46,581 nucleotides of DNA. It comes from Pseudomonadota bacterium. GTDB lineage: Bacteria > Bdellovibrionota > FAC87 > UBA2466. Under the pieces are notes generated by a model. It was not told the DNA's origin, did no database searches, and saw nothing but the letters and a program-made list of their open reading frames with translations. A program made the position numbers and the translations under genes. Location: the NCBI GenBank assembly GCA_031425635.1, contig JANPJT010000098.1, positions 1 through 46,581 of the forward strand. The letters run 5' to 3'. Of this stretch, positions 35,575-44,251 are shown piece after piece; positions within the stretch are counted from its first letter, which is position 1; every line of letters starts with the position of its first letter.

Positions 35575-36030
35575 CTAACGCGCTACAGCCCGAGCTTTCT
35601 CAGCAAGGAGTTCCAAGGTTTCTGCGCAGTTCTTATCATCGCTCCACGTTCCCGCGCCTAGCTGACGTATTGCGATTTCCCGAGCATTAGAGGTAAGCAA
35701 ATACCGCCGGTAGCCTCTTTCAAGTTTCGCACGATCGTGAGGATCTGTTATACGCGGCAATACATCTTTAAGGCCCTCAGTAGAGTAGCCACCTGCAACG
35801 TCTCCCTTTATGAACGTGGTCAGCGCATCACTGCCAATATTGGGTTCGAATCGAATTCCGTATTTTTCAAGCAGATCCAATCTTTGAATTCGTAAATCCT
35901 CAGCTATATTCTCATGTTCTTTTATTGCCGCCCTCAAAGCGTTTACGTCTCTAGGATCGGTTAGGTCCCACGGAACATTGTCCCAATTTTCCTTTCCCCC
36001 AATGACATCTGCTTCCGCGCGGGACCGAGC
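35575..36030 (-). pseudogene. Probable 3' remnant of a hypothetical gene
   Basis: Frame is open from 36030 (ARSRAEADVIGGKENWDNVPWDLTDPRDVNALRAAIKEH...) to stop 35575, with no convincing start/RBS. Bounded upstream by the stop codon of the HNH gene. Confidence 0.5.
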
Positions 36031-37021
36031 CTAAAAGCGCGGTGTCTCTTGGCCGCTTGGAGCCTTTTCGCGGGAAGCGAAGGGGTCAAATCTTCGGCCA
36101 AAGAAAGTTTCTGCCATGAGCTGGTTGTGTGCGGCAGAGTAAGCGAAGATTCTCTTCCTCGTGCTTGCCGCCAAGGGCAAAAGGCCAACTGTGATCGATT
36201 TCCAGAAAGTGCGTTTCTCCACAGATGCCGCCTTCAGGTTTAGGGTGGCAACACCGGGCCTCGTCTCTTTCCCAAATGGCAGCTCTGATGCCACGTGGAA
36301 TGTGGCGACTCGGTTTGGGGACTTTGGACGCTTTAGTTTGTATGCCACGTGGAATGCTGGAAGACGTCGTCGCCCCTGCTTGGGAGACTTTCGTTTTGGA
36401 AGCCTCTTTTTTTAAGTCTTTGAGAAGGGACTTCAAAGCAACTCCGAGAACATCGCCAAGCTTCCCCTGGGGGAAGCGGTGGCTGAGTAAAGCTTTTGCT
36501 TCCAAAAGGTCTTTTTCAAACTCCGTATCTGCCGTGAACGACACGTGCACTTGGTCTTCGCTTAAAGGCCTGACAGACTTCTGGAGGCGATCCGGGGTAG
36601 CAGCTTCGGGAAACCGCTTTGCTAGCAGTCTCTCCACTTCCCTCACGCTCTTACCAAGTGTTTCCGGGAAGAGCAGGTGAGCGTTTGCGTCTTTGACGAA
36701 GGGGGCTAAGCGACTGAGGGCACTCATAGTGCGTTTCCCCGAAGCGATTTCATCAAATAGAAAGGGGTATCGGTGCGTCAGGCGACTAGCTTGAATGCGT
36801 TTCAAAGCAGAGCTTTCAGAGAGCCCATACTTTTCAGTGAGAAAAGCAAAGAAGCTTGAAAAGCCTTCTTTAGCGTAAAGGCGCCTTGCATCGATGGCGC
36901 TGAGATAAATCAGGAACTCAGCTTTTCTCTTATTCTCTCTCACCAGCAAACGCGAAAAAGAAGATAAGAGAACTTCATCAGACTGCCTAATCAAAGCTTC
37001 GAAACGGCTTCTAAACAACAT
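36031..37021 (-). pseudogene. HNH endonuclease gene with N-terminal helical (DUF222-like) region and a frameshift in the last HNH motif
   Basis: GAAGGAG RBS before ATG 37021; RHIP..IR..IWERD..RC...C.....LEIDH..P.ALGG.....NLRLLCR. The expected HNQLMAE..FG continues in another frame (ORF ending 36031). Confidence 0.8.
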
Positions 37022-38104
37022 GGAAAACTCCTTCAAAGAAACGAAGTTAACACGGGTTTTAAATCGCTCTTTCTTTGCGATTAACTGGCAGCAATGGAAG
37101 AACAACTAACAAGTGAAGGTCCTGTGGTTCATCAGCGAAGTGCAACGCCCCTCGAGCGAACCTCAACGTTTTCAAAGCCTAAGAAATGGCTTCCCGGAAA
37201 GCAGAAAGCTTCACACCAAAAATCACCCCCACCACGTCAAGAGCTTTCTGCTGGACGCTCCCCTAAACTTTTCTATCAAACCATGCCGCCACGCGTACGT
37301 TACCCACCCGGGCTCTAAAAAACCCGTCGCCTAAGGTGAGTCTGCGTACCTCACTCAACTATTTACAAATGGGTTTGGGGGCCCAATTTGGGGAAACGGT
37401 GCTTACCAGCCCCCACAAAGAAAAATCCGCCGAGCTAAAGAACCAGCTGTTTTCTTTTCCATCAGGCCCAAAGCCACCACGCGAGGGGCAAACAGTCACC
37501 GATTCGAATCCTGGCCAAGCGCTTTGGCTTAGACCACTAGCCCGCTCCCCCTACAAGTGATCCTCCCTCCAAAAACGGCTCGGCCCCCAGCGTTATTTGG
37601 AAAGAACCCGATATTAGGTGAGGGCGCAGGTTTTTCATTTTCGGGACCCGCAAACAGCCTTTCCCTCTTTTCCGGCGTAAAGCGGGAAGCAATGGATTGA
37701 CGGATAATCGCTACCCGGTGTTTTGCGCGAAGCGGGAGTCTAAGCCAACTGACTAAAACTCTCAGTGTTTTTTTGATCGTGTCTCCTCTGTTCTTGTTAC
37801 GGCTTTGCGATATCGGGTGCGAGTGTCTTTTTGAAGGGATATCGCGCGTGATGCTAGAAGGATTTTTTTGGAAACGGGGCCTGCTAGTGCTCGGTCCCTC
37901 CGCGCGGTCTAGTTTTCGCTCATCCCGCCGCTAGTCGCCCACTTGGAGCCCTCGGCTACGGCTCGGCTTTTCGGAAAGGGGACATCTTTCGCGCGATGCG
38001 GTCAGGCTGCAGCAAGCGCTTACCTGACAGATCAAAACGTCAAAACATCCGATCCATCATGAGGCGGGAATGTAGATAGACACTTCTTCCAAAAAGTCAG
38101 GACA

Positions 38105-38629
38105 TCAAGTGCAATCGTTCGGAAAATACGCATAGCATCCTTTTTTTGTCTTGAACTTAATCCAGGTCCAGGAATGCCGCCCCTTTTTTTGGACTTCCTT
38201 GTCGAACGGGGAGCCCTCAGCGCCAACGCAAACAAACTTCTCTTCTTTCGTCAGTCTTTTCCAGTTATCTACGAGATCAGTGCAGACCTCGATCCGGTTT
38301 GCTCGCCGACCGGTAAACTCGCTCCAAATTCCTTTATGTTTAGCGGTTATGCCAAAAAGGCACATGGTGACAACTTGATCGTACGGCCCCATAGGGTCCG
38401 CCCCTCGCCATTTATCATAGTTGACTGAAACGGATTGCGTCGGGAAGCATTGCCAAAAGAAATTTCCGTTTTTTTGAGCTGCTTTCTGAAGTTCTTGCGT
38501 CGAAAGGATCCCGTAGTGAGGAGTAAGCACGAAGTTGGGAGGGGCTCCCTTAGCGTTTCCTCCAGCGTTAGAGGAAGATTCAGTTAACGGCAGAACACAG
38601 GAAATAAACCAGACTACTGCGGAAATTAT
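38105..38629 (-). CDS. Cys-rich, probably exported hypothetical protein; start uncertain
   Basis: Hydrophobic IISAVVWFISCVLPL begins exactly at the upstream stop; YGIL, WQCF, VC..E, W...KFKTKKGC..YF. Confidence 0.65.
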   Translation of the reverse strand: MISAVVWFISCVLPLTESSSNAGGNAKGAPPNFVLTPHYGILSTQELQKAAQKNGNFFWQCFPTQSVSVNYDKWRGADPMGPYDQVVTMCLFGITAKHKGIWSEFTGRRANRIEVCTDLVDNWKRLTKEEKFVCVGAEGSPFDKEVQKKGRHSWTWIKFKTKKGCYAYFPNDCT

Positions 38630-39510
38630 TTGGGACCCCTTTTTTCTTTGAGACGCTTGTAATAATCCCTTAGTGTTTGCATTATTTCGTCTGATTTTTG
38701 GTTTCTTCCCAAATAAGGGAGTATTCCCTTGTATTCTGCTACGGCTTCTTCCCACGTGGCCTCCCGTTTGAGTCTGCGTTTGGCGAGATATTTCTTGTGA
38801 AAAAACCATCGGGTTCCCGCAGCAATGTTTACTTCAGGATCGCGGCTCTCTTCGATGGTCATTTCAATCAGGTGATCCTTAACCTCTCCCTTTGGATTCT
38901 GCAGGATCTTACGAGTCTGTTCCGTTATCTGGATTAGACCTCTCGCTGGTCCGAGCTTACTTTGAACATCTCTTGGAACATCAAAACCCGATTCGGTTGC
39001 GATGAGGGCTTTTACAAAATCAGGTGTGAGAGGCTCCAGTGGGTTTAGGACTTCATTCCAAAATTTAGTCCATCCGGCAATGCTGAGATCGTACTTATTC
39101 CCATTCGGAAAGCCCAGCGAATCAGGGGTGGGCATTGCATTTGGATTACTAAGCAGGTCCCTAAAATGAAAGTGGGCAATTTCCCGCAACTCGTCGGCGG
39201 TACAGACGTTCCGGCCGTTTTTATTGTTGCGGCAATGGCCTCTTCGACTTGTTTCCCATTCCGGGCCCTTTTCACTGGCAGGGACGGTCAGTGGATGGGT
39301 TCGTACCCAGCTTTCTCCCAAGGGGCAAAGACGCCACGGATGACTCTTTCCAGCTTTGTTAGAGGGTGAATCCGGTTCTTTCGGCGATGAAGGCGAGTCT
39401 GCCGGAGGCTTATCTTCTTTTCGGCGCTCTTTCTTGAAAATCTCTTCAAGGCCCTCCTTAAAAATACGGCTGAGCACTGATTTTGCAATGCGTTCAAATA
39501 AGGATGCCAT
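38626..39510 (-). CDS. Lytic transglycosylase (SLT/lysozyme-like) domain protein without signal peptide
   Basis: VKALIATESGF (catalytic Glu-Ser), ARGLIQI, NIAAGTRW, AVAEY; N-terminal HPWRLCP...H...GHCR region. Confidence 0.8.
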   Translation of the reverse strand: MASLFERIAKSVLSRIFKEGLEEIFKKERRKEDKPPADSPSSPKEPDSPSNKAGKSHPWRLCPLGESWVRTHPLTVPASEKGPEWETSRRGHCRNNKNGRNVCTADELREIAHFHFRDLLSNPNAMPTPDSLGFPNGNKYDLSIAGWTKFWNEVLNPLEPLTPDFVKALIATESGFDVPRDVQSKLGPARGLIQITEQTRKILQNPKGEVKDHLIEMTIEESRDPEVNIAAGTRWFFHKKYLAKRRLKREATWEEAVAEYKGILPYLGRNQKSDEIMQTLRDYYKRLKEKRGPK

Positions 39511-39568
39511 GGCCGCAGACTCTAAGATTTTGCACTTGGAGGGTCAACTTCTGAAGAACTTTGCCGAG

Positions 39569-41569
39569 CTACGGGTTGGTCGTTTCCCCACCAAGCACCG
39601 ACTTCCGAAAAGGCCGGTAGCCTTTTCGAGGAGTGGGGATGGTATGGACGTACTTGCCGCTGAATTCTTCGCGGGCGCGTTCGCGACGGGCTTCCATTGC
39701 TTCGGGTGGCGGCTCGGAAGGGATCAAAGCATCGCAGCCTTTGCCAATGAGATCGGCACGACCGGCTTTGATAAGCGCTTCACGGACCATGAAATAATTG
39801 TGGGGTTTAAAAAACTGCATCAACGCACGCTGCAGCTTGCGGTTTCTCAGATGTTTATCGACGTGGACGGGCTTTCTCGTCATGGGCTCGATGCCCGTGT
39901 AGTACATGCACGTTGCGATATCAAAAGGGGCAGGGATAAAATCTTGGACTTGATCCGGCTTGTACCCGTTGCGTTTTAAAAACACGGCAAGATCAATCAT
40001 CGCGTTAAGATCCGATCCCGGGTGGCTCGCAATAAAATAAGGCACTAGGTACTGCTTCGGCTTACCGACCCTGGCCGACGCTTTTTTAAACTCGCTGGCG
40101 AATTTTTCGAAATTTGAAATGGGTGGTTTCTTCATCAAGGAAAGCGTTTCTGGATCGGTATGCTCTGGAGCGACTTTTAAGTGCCCCCCCACGTGGTGCT
40201 CCGCAAGCTCATTCAAATACTCGGGCGAAAGTTGCGCCAAATCCATTCGAACCCCGCTCGCCACAAATACCTTTCGAATGCCCGGGACTTCGCGGGATTT
40301 TCGCATTAGGTCCGTGATGGGCCCGTGGTCTGTTCCAAGTAATTTGCAAATCGTGGGGTGGACGCAGGAAAGCCGTTTGCACTTCTTTTCGACATCCGGC
40401 CGAGTGCAGCGCATTTCGTACATGTTCGCCGTCGGCCCACCAATATCGCTTACAATCCCTTTAAAATCCGGGTCGCTTGCCAACTGCTTCAGTTCTCCCA
40501 GAACGGATGCTTTGGATCTGGACTGGATGATTCGGCCTTGGTGCGTGGTGATCGAACAAAAAGTGCAGCCGCCAAAGCAACCCCGCATGATGGTGACGGA
40601 GTCTTTGATCATTTCGAAAGCAGGGATTTTCTCGGTGTACGAAGGGTGTGCCTTGCGCGAGAACGGCAGACCATAAAAACGATCCATATCGGGCTGATCG
40701 AGTGGGAGATCGGGCGGCGTAACGACTACAGCGCGGTTTTGGGCGAATTGCACAAGCGTTCTTGCATTAAATGGGTTCGTGTTTAAGTGAATCGCCCGAG
40801 TCGCTTCCACAAACGCCATTTTATCGGACGCCACTTCTTCAAATGAAGGGATGAGTTGCACTCCGCTGCCAAACGGGTCAGTCCAGCCGTGGTTCTGCAG
40901 CTCGTTCGTGGGCGTCGCGGGCCTTGAAGGGATCTCGCTCGCCCCGAGAGCATAGGCCACCGATCGCATGGCTCGTAAATCCTTTACCGACTCACCTCGA
41001 GAGAGACGGGCTGCAAGCTCCAAGATGGGGCGCTCGCCCATCCCGTAAACTACCAAGTCTGCTTTCGCGTCGAGCAAGATGGACCGTTTAACGGTATCAC
41101 TCCAATAGTCGTAGTGGGCTAGGCGACGGAGTGACGCTTCGACCCCGCCTGCAATCACAGGCACCCCAGGGAAAGCCTCGCGAGCGCGTTGGCAATAGGG
41201 CAGCGTTGCTCTGTCCGGCCGGAGCCCGATCCGTCCCCCGGGAGAGTAGGCGTCGTCATTGCGCACTTTTCGGTTGGCCGTGTAGTGGTTGATCATCGAG
41301 TCCATGTTGCCGGCGCTAATGCCGAAGAAAAGCCGGGGCTTCCCGAACTGTTTCCAGGGCTCACAGCTTTTCCAGTCGGGCTGGCTCAGGATGGCGACTC
41401 GGTAGCCTGCCGCCTCCAGGACGCGGCCCAGGATCCCCATCGCAAAGCTGGGGTGGTCAACGTACGCATCCCCGGACACGAAAACAATGTCGACAGAGTC
41501 CCACCCGCGCGAAAGCATTTCAGCTCTTGAAAGGGGGAGCGGCTGGCGGTTGGGGGTTTGCTGGATCAC
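39569..41569 (-). CDS. ygiQ: YgiQ (UPF0313) radical SAM protein
   Basis: VSGDAYVDHPSF, AGNMDSMINHYT, GGVEASLRR.AHYDYWSD, RGCFGGCTFC, D.GGPTANMY, LKVAPEH, PYFIASHPG, QVQDF.P.P. Confidence 0.95.
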   Translation of the reverse strand: MIQQTPNRQPLPLSRAEMLSRGWDSVDIVFVSGDAYVDHPSFAMGILGRVLEAAGYRVAILSQPDWKSCEPWKQFGKPRLFFGISAGNMDSMINHYTANRKVRNDDAYSPGGRIGLRPDRATLPYCQRAREAFPGVPVIAGGVEASLRRLAHYDYWSDTVKRSILLDAKADLVVYGMGERPILELAARLSRGESVKDLRAMRSVAYALGASEIPSRPATPTNELQNHGWTDPFGSGVQLIPSFEEVASDKMAFVEATRAIHLNTNPFNARTLVQFAQNRAVVVTPPDLPLDQPDMDRFYGLPFSRKAHPSYTEKIPAFEMIKDSVTIMRGCFGGCTFCSITTHQGRIIQSRSKASVLGELKQLASDPDFKGIVSDIGGPTANMYEMRCTRPDVEKKCKRLSCVHPTICKLLGTDHGPITDLMRKSREVPGIRKVFVASGVRMDLAQLSPEYLNELAEHHVGGHLKVAPEHTDPETLSLMKKPPISNFEKFASEFKKASARVGKPKQYLVPYFIASHPGSDLNAMIDLAVFLKRNGYKPDQVQDFIPAPFDIATCMYYTGIEPMTRKPVHVDKHLRNRKLQRALMQFFKPHNYFMVREALIKAGRADLIGKGCDALIPSEPPPEAMEARRERAREEFSGKYVHTIPTPRKGYRPFRKSVLGGETTNP

Positions 41570-41666
41570 GTTTTCCTCGCGGGCTATCTTTACCCCAAAA
41601 TGACCTTCGAAGGTTGAGAAAAACTCGGGGTGCCGGGTCCTGTCCTATCATGGTAAGAGCAAGTCC

Positions 41667-42320
41667 ATGTTTCGACCGATTTTTTTGCTCACGGTAACCC
41701 TAGGCCTCGCCGGGGCCATTTGGAAGACGGCGCGGCCTGATGCCGTCTACGTTTCACCCCGGTTAATGGCTGAAAGCTGGGTAGCGCAAGCTGCGAAGCC
41801 ACCGAGGGGAGCTGCGAAACCTCTTCCGTACTCCCCGGTTAGTACGAGCGCGCAGCAGTCCCTTACCGAACTCAAAAAAGAAGTCACGAAACGTCCCCAG
41901 GACCCTGTTGCCCTAACCAACTTGGGAACGGCTCTCTCCCAAAAGTTCCACTCCCCCGACGAAGCCATCGGCTATTTGGAGCGGGCGCTCCTGAAGGCCC
42001 CTGGCAACGGCGGTGCGTACTTTGAGCTGGTGGGGGCCTATCTTCGATCGGGCTTCATTGAACGAGGCTGCGCTTATTTTTCTAGGCTTTCGGTGAAAAG
42101 CAGTAATGGGCTCCCAGAAGAAGCTTTGGCTGATCTGAAGGCCTCGAGCGGCCAGCCCGAAGCAGCGCTCCCTTATATCCAGTCGGCTCTCGCTGCGAAC
42201 CCGAAATCCAGCTCCGCACTTTCCCTGCTGGCTTCGATTTACCTCCAGCTGGGAGACTTGCCTCAGGCAGAGCAAGTTCTCTCTAGCCTTAACTTAATCC
42301 AAATTTCGGAGGACGGCTGA
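41667..42320 (+). CDS. Exported/anchored TPR protein
   Basis: N-terminal hydrophobic segment; P.DPVALTNLG...A..YLERAL...P and A.PYIQSAL..NP...AL..LA.IY...G repeats. Confidence 0.75.
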   Translation: MFRPIFLLTVTLGLAGAIWKTARPDAVYVSPRLMAESWVAQAAKPPRGAAKPLPYSPVSTSAQQSLTELKKEVTKRPQDPVALTNLGTALSQKFHSPDEAIGYLERALLKAPGNGGAYFELVGAYLRSGFIERGCAYFSRLSVKSSNGLPEEALADLKASSGQPEAALPYIQSALAANPKSSSALSLLASIYLQLGDLPQAEQVLSSLNLIQISEDG

Positions 42321-42321
42321 A

Positions 42322-43284
42322 GTGGCAATCGAAGGTTTTTTAGAGATCCTACCGGAAGTCATTTTCGACGCGGTAGAGACTTTTGGCGGCCGCTGCACGG
42401 GCAGGTTCCTTGCGCTCAATGCGATGGAGAACCGCGTCTACGACGTTCAGCTCGAAGAGGGGCCAAACCGGGTGATCAAGTTTTACCGCCCAGGCAGGTG
42501 GAATAAAGAGACTTTGCTCGCCGAGCACCAGTTTTTAAAGTCGCTGAGTGAATCAGAGATTCCCGTCGTTTGCCCTTTTGAAAATGCTGAAGGAGAATCT
42601 CTTTTTCAAACGAAGGGCATTTGGTTCACGGTATTTCCCAAAAAACCCGGGCGCCTTGAACCCGAGCTAAACCCCGAACAGCTTGAACGGTTAGGGCGGT
42701 TTTTAGCGCGCATGCACAATGTGGGAGCGGGCTTCAAAGACGCCGCCAGGCCGAAATTGTCGCCGACAACCTATGGGCGTGAAACGCTCAAAACGCTCCA
42801 AGATCTCAAAATGCTCACTCCTTCAGTGGAGCCCCGCTACGCGCAGCTAGTGAACCAGATCTGCGATCAAATCGAACCCTGGTTTGAAAAAGTGGAGTGG
42901 ATCCTTACTCACGGCGACTGCCACGCCGGGAATATTCTTTGGACTGGCAACGAGCCTTATTTTTTGGACTTTGACGATATGTGCATTGCCCCGCCTGTGC
43001 AGGATATTTGGATGCTCACAGGGGCAGATGACGAAGACGGTAAAGAGCGAAAAGCGATTTTGTTAGAAGCATACGAACAGATCCGCGCTTTCGACCAGGA
43101 AAGTTTGAAACTCGTCGAGCCTTTGCGCACTTTGCGAATGATGTGTTTTAACTCGTGGATTGCGACCCGCTGGAACGATGGGGCTTTTAAAGCAGCCTTT
43201 CCGTACTTCGGCACCGAACGCTTTTGGCAGGAGCAGATCGAAAGCCTGAGCGTCCAAAGAGAGCGGCTCGGCCACCGAATTTAA
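42322..43284 (+). CDS. srkA: SrkA/RdoA (YihE) family Ser/Thr kinase
   Basis: ALN.MENRVY, KFYRPGRW, EHQFL, LGRFLARMH, HGDCHAGNILW, DFDD, P.VQDIWM, LRTLRM, W.A.RW.D.AF..AFP.F. Confidence 0.9.
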   Translation: MAIEGFLEILPEVIFDAVETFGGRCTGRFLALNAMENRVYDVQLEEGPNRVIKFYRPGRWNKETLLAEHQFLKSLSESEIPVVCPFENAEGESLFQTKGIWFTVFPKKPGRLEPELNPEQLERLGRFLARMHNVGAGFKDAARPKLSPTTYGRETLKTLQDLKMLTPSVEPRYAQLVNQICDQIEPWFEKVEWILTHGDCHAGNILWTGNEPYFLDFDDMCIAPPVQDIWMLTGADDEDGKERKAILLEAYEQIRAFDQESLKLVEPLRTLRMMCFNSWIATRWNDGAFKAAFPYFGTERFWQEQIESLSVQRERLGHRI

Positions 43285-43423
43285 ATGGCGTCGCGCGCTC
43301 TGCCCTAGGCCCTATCGGTAGGGAGCGAGTGCCTTTTCTTAAGTGAGCGGTTTCTCAATGCGCGGTAAGACGTGAGGGCCCAAAGGTAGCTGCCCATCAG
43401 GGAAAAACCAGCGAGAGTAAAAC

Positions 43424-43969
43424 TCAAGGGATCTGGCGGGAAAATCGGGCGCCTCCCGTTTGTAGCTGGGCGATGGCCACCCGCAAAAGGAAAAAACTGC
43501 CGCCGATCAAGCAAAGGTCAGCAATATTCAGCGTTAGAAAACTCGTGCCGCTCCAGCCAACCACCAAAGAATCAAAAGGCCGAGGGTTAAAAAACTGGCT
43601 TACGAGGCTCGAAAGCCCGCCGGCCAAAAAGACGCCAAAAGCCAGCAGCTCCGCAAAACCCGCAGAAACCGCCCGGTACAGGAAAACGCCAGCGAGCAGC
43701 AGCCAAAAGCCCAAGGCAAGCCATTGGGGGTAAGGAGCGTACTCCGCGGGCAAAAAGCTTGAGATTTTACCCAGGAGCCCCGGATCGGGCACCCGAGTGA
43801 GCTTAAGGAACGATTGGTCCAAAATAGGCACCGAGGCGAACTCGTCTAACTGCCCGCCACAATAGGTTTTTACAATCTGATCGGCGAAAAACAAGAGCAT
43901 CGAAACTTGAAACACTTGGACCCAGCTTCGGTAGCGGCGGCGCCGTTCAATCTGCCGCAAAACCCTCAT
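43424..43969 (-). CDS. Divergent signal peptidase II (LspA)-like membrane protein; start uncertain
   Basis: ADQIVK, L.LT.V...G, four TMs, LAGG, PFDS, LNIADLCL. Confidence 0.65.
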   Translation of the reverse strand: MRVLRQIERRRRYRSWVQVFQVSMLLFFADQIVKTYCGGQLDEFASVPILDQSFLKLTRVPDPGLLGKISSFLPAEYAPYPQWLALGFWLLLAGVFLYRAVSAGFAELLAFGVFLAGGLSSLVSQFFNPRPFDSLVVGWSGTSFLTLNIADLCLIGGSFFLLRVAIAQLQTGGARFSRQIP

Positions 43970-44144
43970 TTGCCGGTGCATGTGGCTATGGCTTTCAATC
44001 ACCCGTAAATTAAAGCACTCGAAAAGTGCCTGAGCCAGCAAATACTGCCCCCGGGCGGGGGCCCTTGAGTGGCGGGTTCTTGCGGCATTAACCCGGATTT
44101 TCATTGCCGCTGGGGCCTATCTGGCTATAGCTTGCCTACATTAT

Positions 44145-44240
44145 GGCTCGGCCCTGCGCGACGAGTCCTTGTGAAACCCGTCAGGTCCGGAAGGAAGCAG
44201 CGGTAGCAATCAGACAAGTGCGTCGCAGGATACCCGAGCC
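44145..44240 (+). ncRNA. ffs: Small signal recognition particle RNA (4.5S)
   Basis: Helix-8 signature TCAGGTCCGGAAGGAAGCAGC; closing stem GGCTCGG/CCGAGCC followed by a T-run; canonical position upstream of dnaX. Confidence 0.95.
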
Positions 44241-44251
44241 TCTTTTTTTTT

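Noticed and set aside
36288-36356. 15-bp direct repeat ATGCCACGTGGAATG as a CRISPR-like or att repeat
   Set aside because: Only two copies, in frame within the HNH gene (IPRGI twice); this is a small intragenic duplication.
37495-37520. tRNA fragment suggested by TTCGAATC
   Set aside because: No T-stem pairing or cloverleaf; it is only a GATTCGAATC palindrome.
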